A DNA stretch of 37,805 nt from Deltaproteobacteria bacterium. Its GTDB lineage: Bacteria; Desulfobacterota; Binatia; UBA9968. Shown here piece by piece: positions 36,242 to 37,805 of this stretch. The notes beneath the pieces are model-generated. The model worked only from the letters and a program-made list of their open reading frames with translations, ran no database searches and was not told the origin of the DNA. Position 1 is the stretch's first letter. Every line of letters begins with the position of its first letter. A program made the position numbers and the translations under genes. The stretch spans positions 1 to 37,805 of the forward strand of contig JAERMN010000001.1 of the NCBI GenBank assembly GCA_016844625.1, written 5' to 3'.

Positions 36242-36673
36242 TCAACGCGCGTCGTAGCGGTACATCCTGCTGCGCCGTGTCGTGCCGTGAAGCTCACTGA
36301 ACAGAAAACCGCGAAAGGTCATGAAGTAAGCCAGACCGAGTCCCAAGAAAAGCGCGTTGAGAAATAGCTCTAAATACGCCGGCAAACTGAAAATCAAGGA
36401 CTGGAGCATATCGAGGAGAAAGTATCCGGCAACCGCGAATAAAAGATTGGGAATCAGCCACTCAAGCCAATTTTCTACGATAAAGTTGTAGCTCGCGCCG
36501 ATTAGCTCAAGGCCGGAAGTACGGCTTTGATAAATCAACTCGGGCACCGCATTGAGAAGAATGTACAGGCCTAGGCGAAGGAGCAAGTAAATCAACGCGC
36601 CATTGGCAACCGACGCCAGACCCATCGCCGCTACACGCATGGGAATCCACAAGATAAACGAAATCGTGATCAC
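36242..36673 (-). CDS. Hypothetical polytopic membrane protein (probably the 3' part of a frameshifted gene)
   Basis: 143 aa and very hydrophobic. The GTG start has no SD, and the reading frame stays open upstream to 36790, overlapping the end of the preceding ORF. Confidence 0.5.
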   Translation of the reverse strand: MITISFILWIPMRVAAMGLASVANGALIYLLLRLGLYILLNAVPELIYQSRTSGLELIGASYNFIVENWLEWLIPNLLFAVAGYFLLDMLQSLIFSLPAYLELFLNALFLGLGLAYFMTFRGFLFSELHGTTRRSRMYRYDAR

Positions 36674-36699
36674 GTCCCAAATATAAACCGTGAAGCCGC

Positions 36700-36966
36700 T
36701 CAGAAAATCATTGAAGTTGGCCTTCTCGCGCAGGCAGCGCTTACCAGCGAGTAGATGAAACCGCCGATGATCCCCAAGGGCGCGACCAGACTACCGACGA
36801 CGGATAGGATAATGCCGAAGACCACCGGCGCTAGGCTCACCACCCAATTCTTCCGCACCGCCTCCCACGATCGCTGCACAGCCGTCGTGTACATCCAAAC
36901 CGTCACTTGGAGAATTTTCATGTTCCTGGTTATAGCAGAAAAGAGGAAAAGATTCCGAGCTAACAC
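36700..36966 (-). CDS. Hypothetical membrane protein fragment (probably the 5' part of the same gene)
   Basis: 88-aa ORF (likely start ATG 36921, 'MKILQV') with the TM segment 'VVSLAPVVFGIILSVVGSLVAPLGIIGGFIYSLV'. It ends in a short non-hydrophobic tail 26 nt before the next ORF, which is in a different frame. Confidence 0.45.
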   Translation of the reverse strand: MLARNLFLFSAITRNMKILQVTVWMYTTAVQRSWEAVRKNWVVSLAPVVFGIILSVVGSLVAPLGIIGGFIYSLVSAACARRPTSMIF

Positions 36967-37200
36967 TCCCCGGACACCGCCTCTACGTGCGCAATCGGAC
37001 CGACCGCCGCGTGGTGCCCAAACAGAGCGAGAACGACGTCAAAGCTTTTGCTCAAGGGATTCGCATCATGGGCGACGTCGGCGAGCTCAAAGCACCGTTC
37101 CCTCAGGTGGAGCGCTTTATCGACTTACCTTTTAAAAAGCCGTGGGGTTGCAGTAAACCAAGAGACCGAAATCAGCATCTTGACCGACAGACGGTAGCAC

Positions 37201-37488
37201 TCAGCAGGAGTAGATTTGCACGTCGTCGTCTTCGATGCGCCGGCCGCGGGTGATCAATCTAACGATGCTGCAAACGTTGCGGCTGACGTCGCCGATATCG
37301 GCGGCGGGAAATCCATCTTTGAGATAACGGCCGATCAATTTGTCTTCGCCTAGATTCACCACCTGCAGATAGTCGTTGCTGTTGCCGTCGAAGTATTGCT
37401 TCATTCCCGGTGCCGGACTATCCAGATCGTCTTGCAGCGCTTTGTTAACTTTAATGCCAATAAAGAGCCGCTTCATCACCTCTTCCAT
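37201..37488 (-). CDS. Hypothetical small protein
   Basis: I chose ATG 37488 because GGAGA lies 5 nt upstream. The product is 95 aa, 'MEEVMKRLFIGIKVNKALQDDL...'. I recognise no family. Confidence 0.45.
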   Translation of the reverse strand: MEEVMKRLFIGIKVNKALQDDLDSPAPGMKQYFDGNSNDYLQVVNLGEDKLIGRYLKDGFPAADIGDVSRNVCSIVRLITRGRRIEDDDVQIYSC

Positions 37489-37553
37489 GTGTTTCTCCGT
37501 GATTACGGATATCACAGCAAGTTGAAAACAGCCACCGCGCCGCTAATTTTTTC

Positions 37554-37673
37554 CTTTGCGCACTTTGCGTTCTTTGATGCGAAAATCCCCTCTCACCACG
37601 AAGATCACGAAGGACACGAAGGGTTCGGATGATTACTATTCCGAACTTCGTGCTCTTCGTGTCCTTCGTGGTG
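37554..37673. repeat. 9-bp-periodic tandem units forming a ~30-bp imperfect hairpin (REP-like; possible bidirectional terminator)
   Basis: Three units of ctttgcgNN lie at 37554-81. The left arm is (cacgaagNN)x3 plus ttcgga (37594-629), the loop is tgattactat, and the right arm is tccgaa plus (cttcgtgNN)x3 (37640-73). The paired blocks are 10+7+7+6 bp. It is flanked by T-runs on both strands. Confidence 0.7.
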
Positions 37674-37707
37674 AAAATTTTCTTCGACTGAATTCTTCTC
37701 TAACCAC

Positions 37708-37805
37708 CTACGCGAAAACCAATTTACCGTCCTTATCGCGCAACAACCCCCGGCCGTCGCGCGACGACGGCATATTCTCCCGGCCGATTTTGACGTCTGC
37801 GACGT
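37708..37805 (-). CDS. Possible 3' end of an unidentified gene running off the window
   Basis: An open frame to the window edge gives '...VADVKIGRENMPSSRDGRGLLRDKDGKLVFA*' with TAG at 37710-08, followed by the long hairpin. It is too short to identify. Confidence 0.25.
   Translation of the reverse strand, partial: VADVKIGRENMPSSRDGRGLLRDKDGKLVFA

Noticed and set aside
37201-37488. Resemblance of 'KRLFIGIKV...LQ..L' to the N-terminus of 2'-5' RNA ligase/2H phosphoesterases (LigT)
   Set aside because: The protein is about half the length of LigT and lacks both H-x-T/S catalytic motifs. The similarity is limited to a short hydrophobic strand, so no call was made.
37396-37632. 78-aa plus-strand ORF ending '...HHEDHEGHEGFG'
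   Set aside because: The His/Glu/Gly repeat is simply the translation of the CACGAAG tandem units of the hairpin arm. The rest of the ORF overlaps the small minus-strand gene and its upstream region.

Overview
GC-rich bacterial (diderm) chromosomal window made up almost entirely of core housekeeping genes. Positions 84-28344 form one uninterrupted minus-strand array of about 30 genes. In transcription order (28344 down to 84) it contains: (1) an Rrf2-regulated suf Fe-S assembly operon (rrf2-sufC-sufD-sufS-sufU-sufT-DUF59) followed by a truncated hemoglobin; (2) metF and lysS; (3) lolC/E-lolD; (4) the outer-membrane/lipid A block bamA-skp-lpxD-fabZ-lpxA-lpxI-(Gfo/Idh/MocA)-lpxB-msbA-waaA-lpxK; (5) an LPS inner-core block of gmhB, an SDR epimerase, a VOC-like unknown, Trm112, two GT9 heptosyltransferase-like genes and a Kdo-kinase-like gene. 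A strand switch at about 28.4-29.2 kb holds the only clearly accessory DNA: an ~85-codon relic of a type I R-M methylase (hsdM) next to three GC-rich perfect hairpins. After that come def, a CofH-type radical SAM gene and a membrane protein on the plus strand, then a 410-nt ORF-free convergent spacer. The window ends with a lipoprotein, aspS, hisS, a probably frameshifted membrane-protein gene, a small orphan ORF and a long hairpin built from 9-bp tandem units, all on the minus strand. I found no tRNA or rRNA gene, no CRISPR array, no intact mobile element and no convincing novel multi-gene system. The findings below are moderate-interest anomalies: a GnnA-like gene inside the lpx cluster, a suf operon without sufB but with a globin, the hsdM relic and hairpin cluster, unexplained structured or non-coding stretches, and a 9-bp-periodic palindromic repeat. 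All functional calls rest on motif recognition in the supplied translations; no database search was possible.
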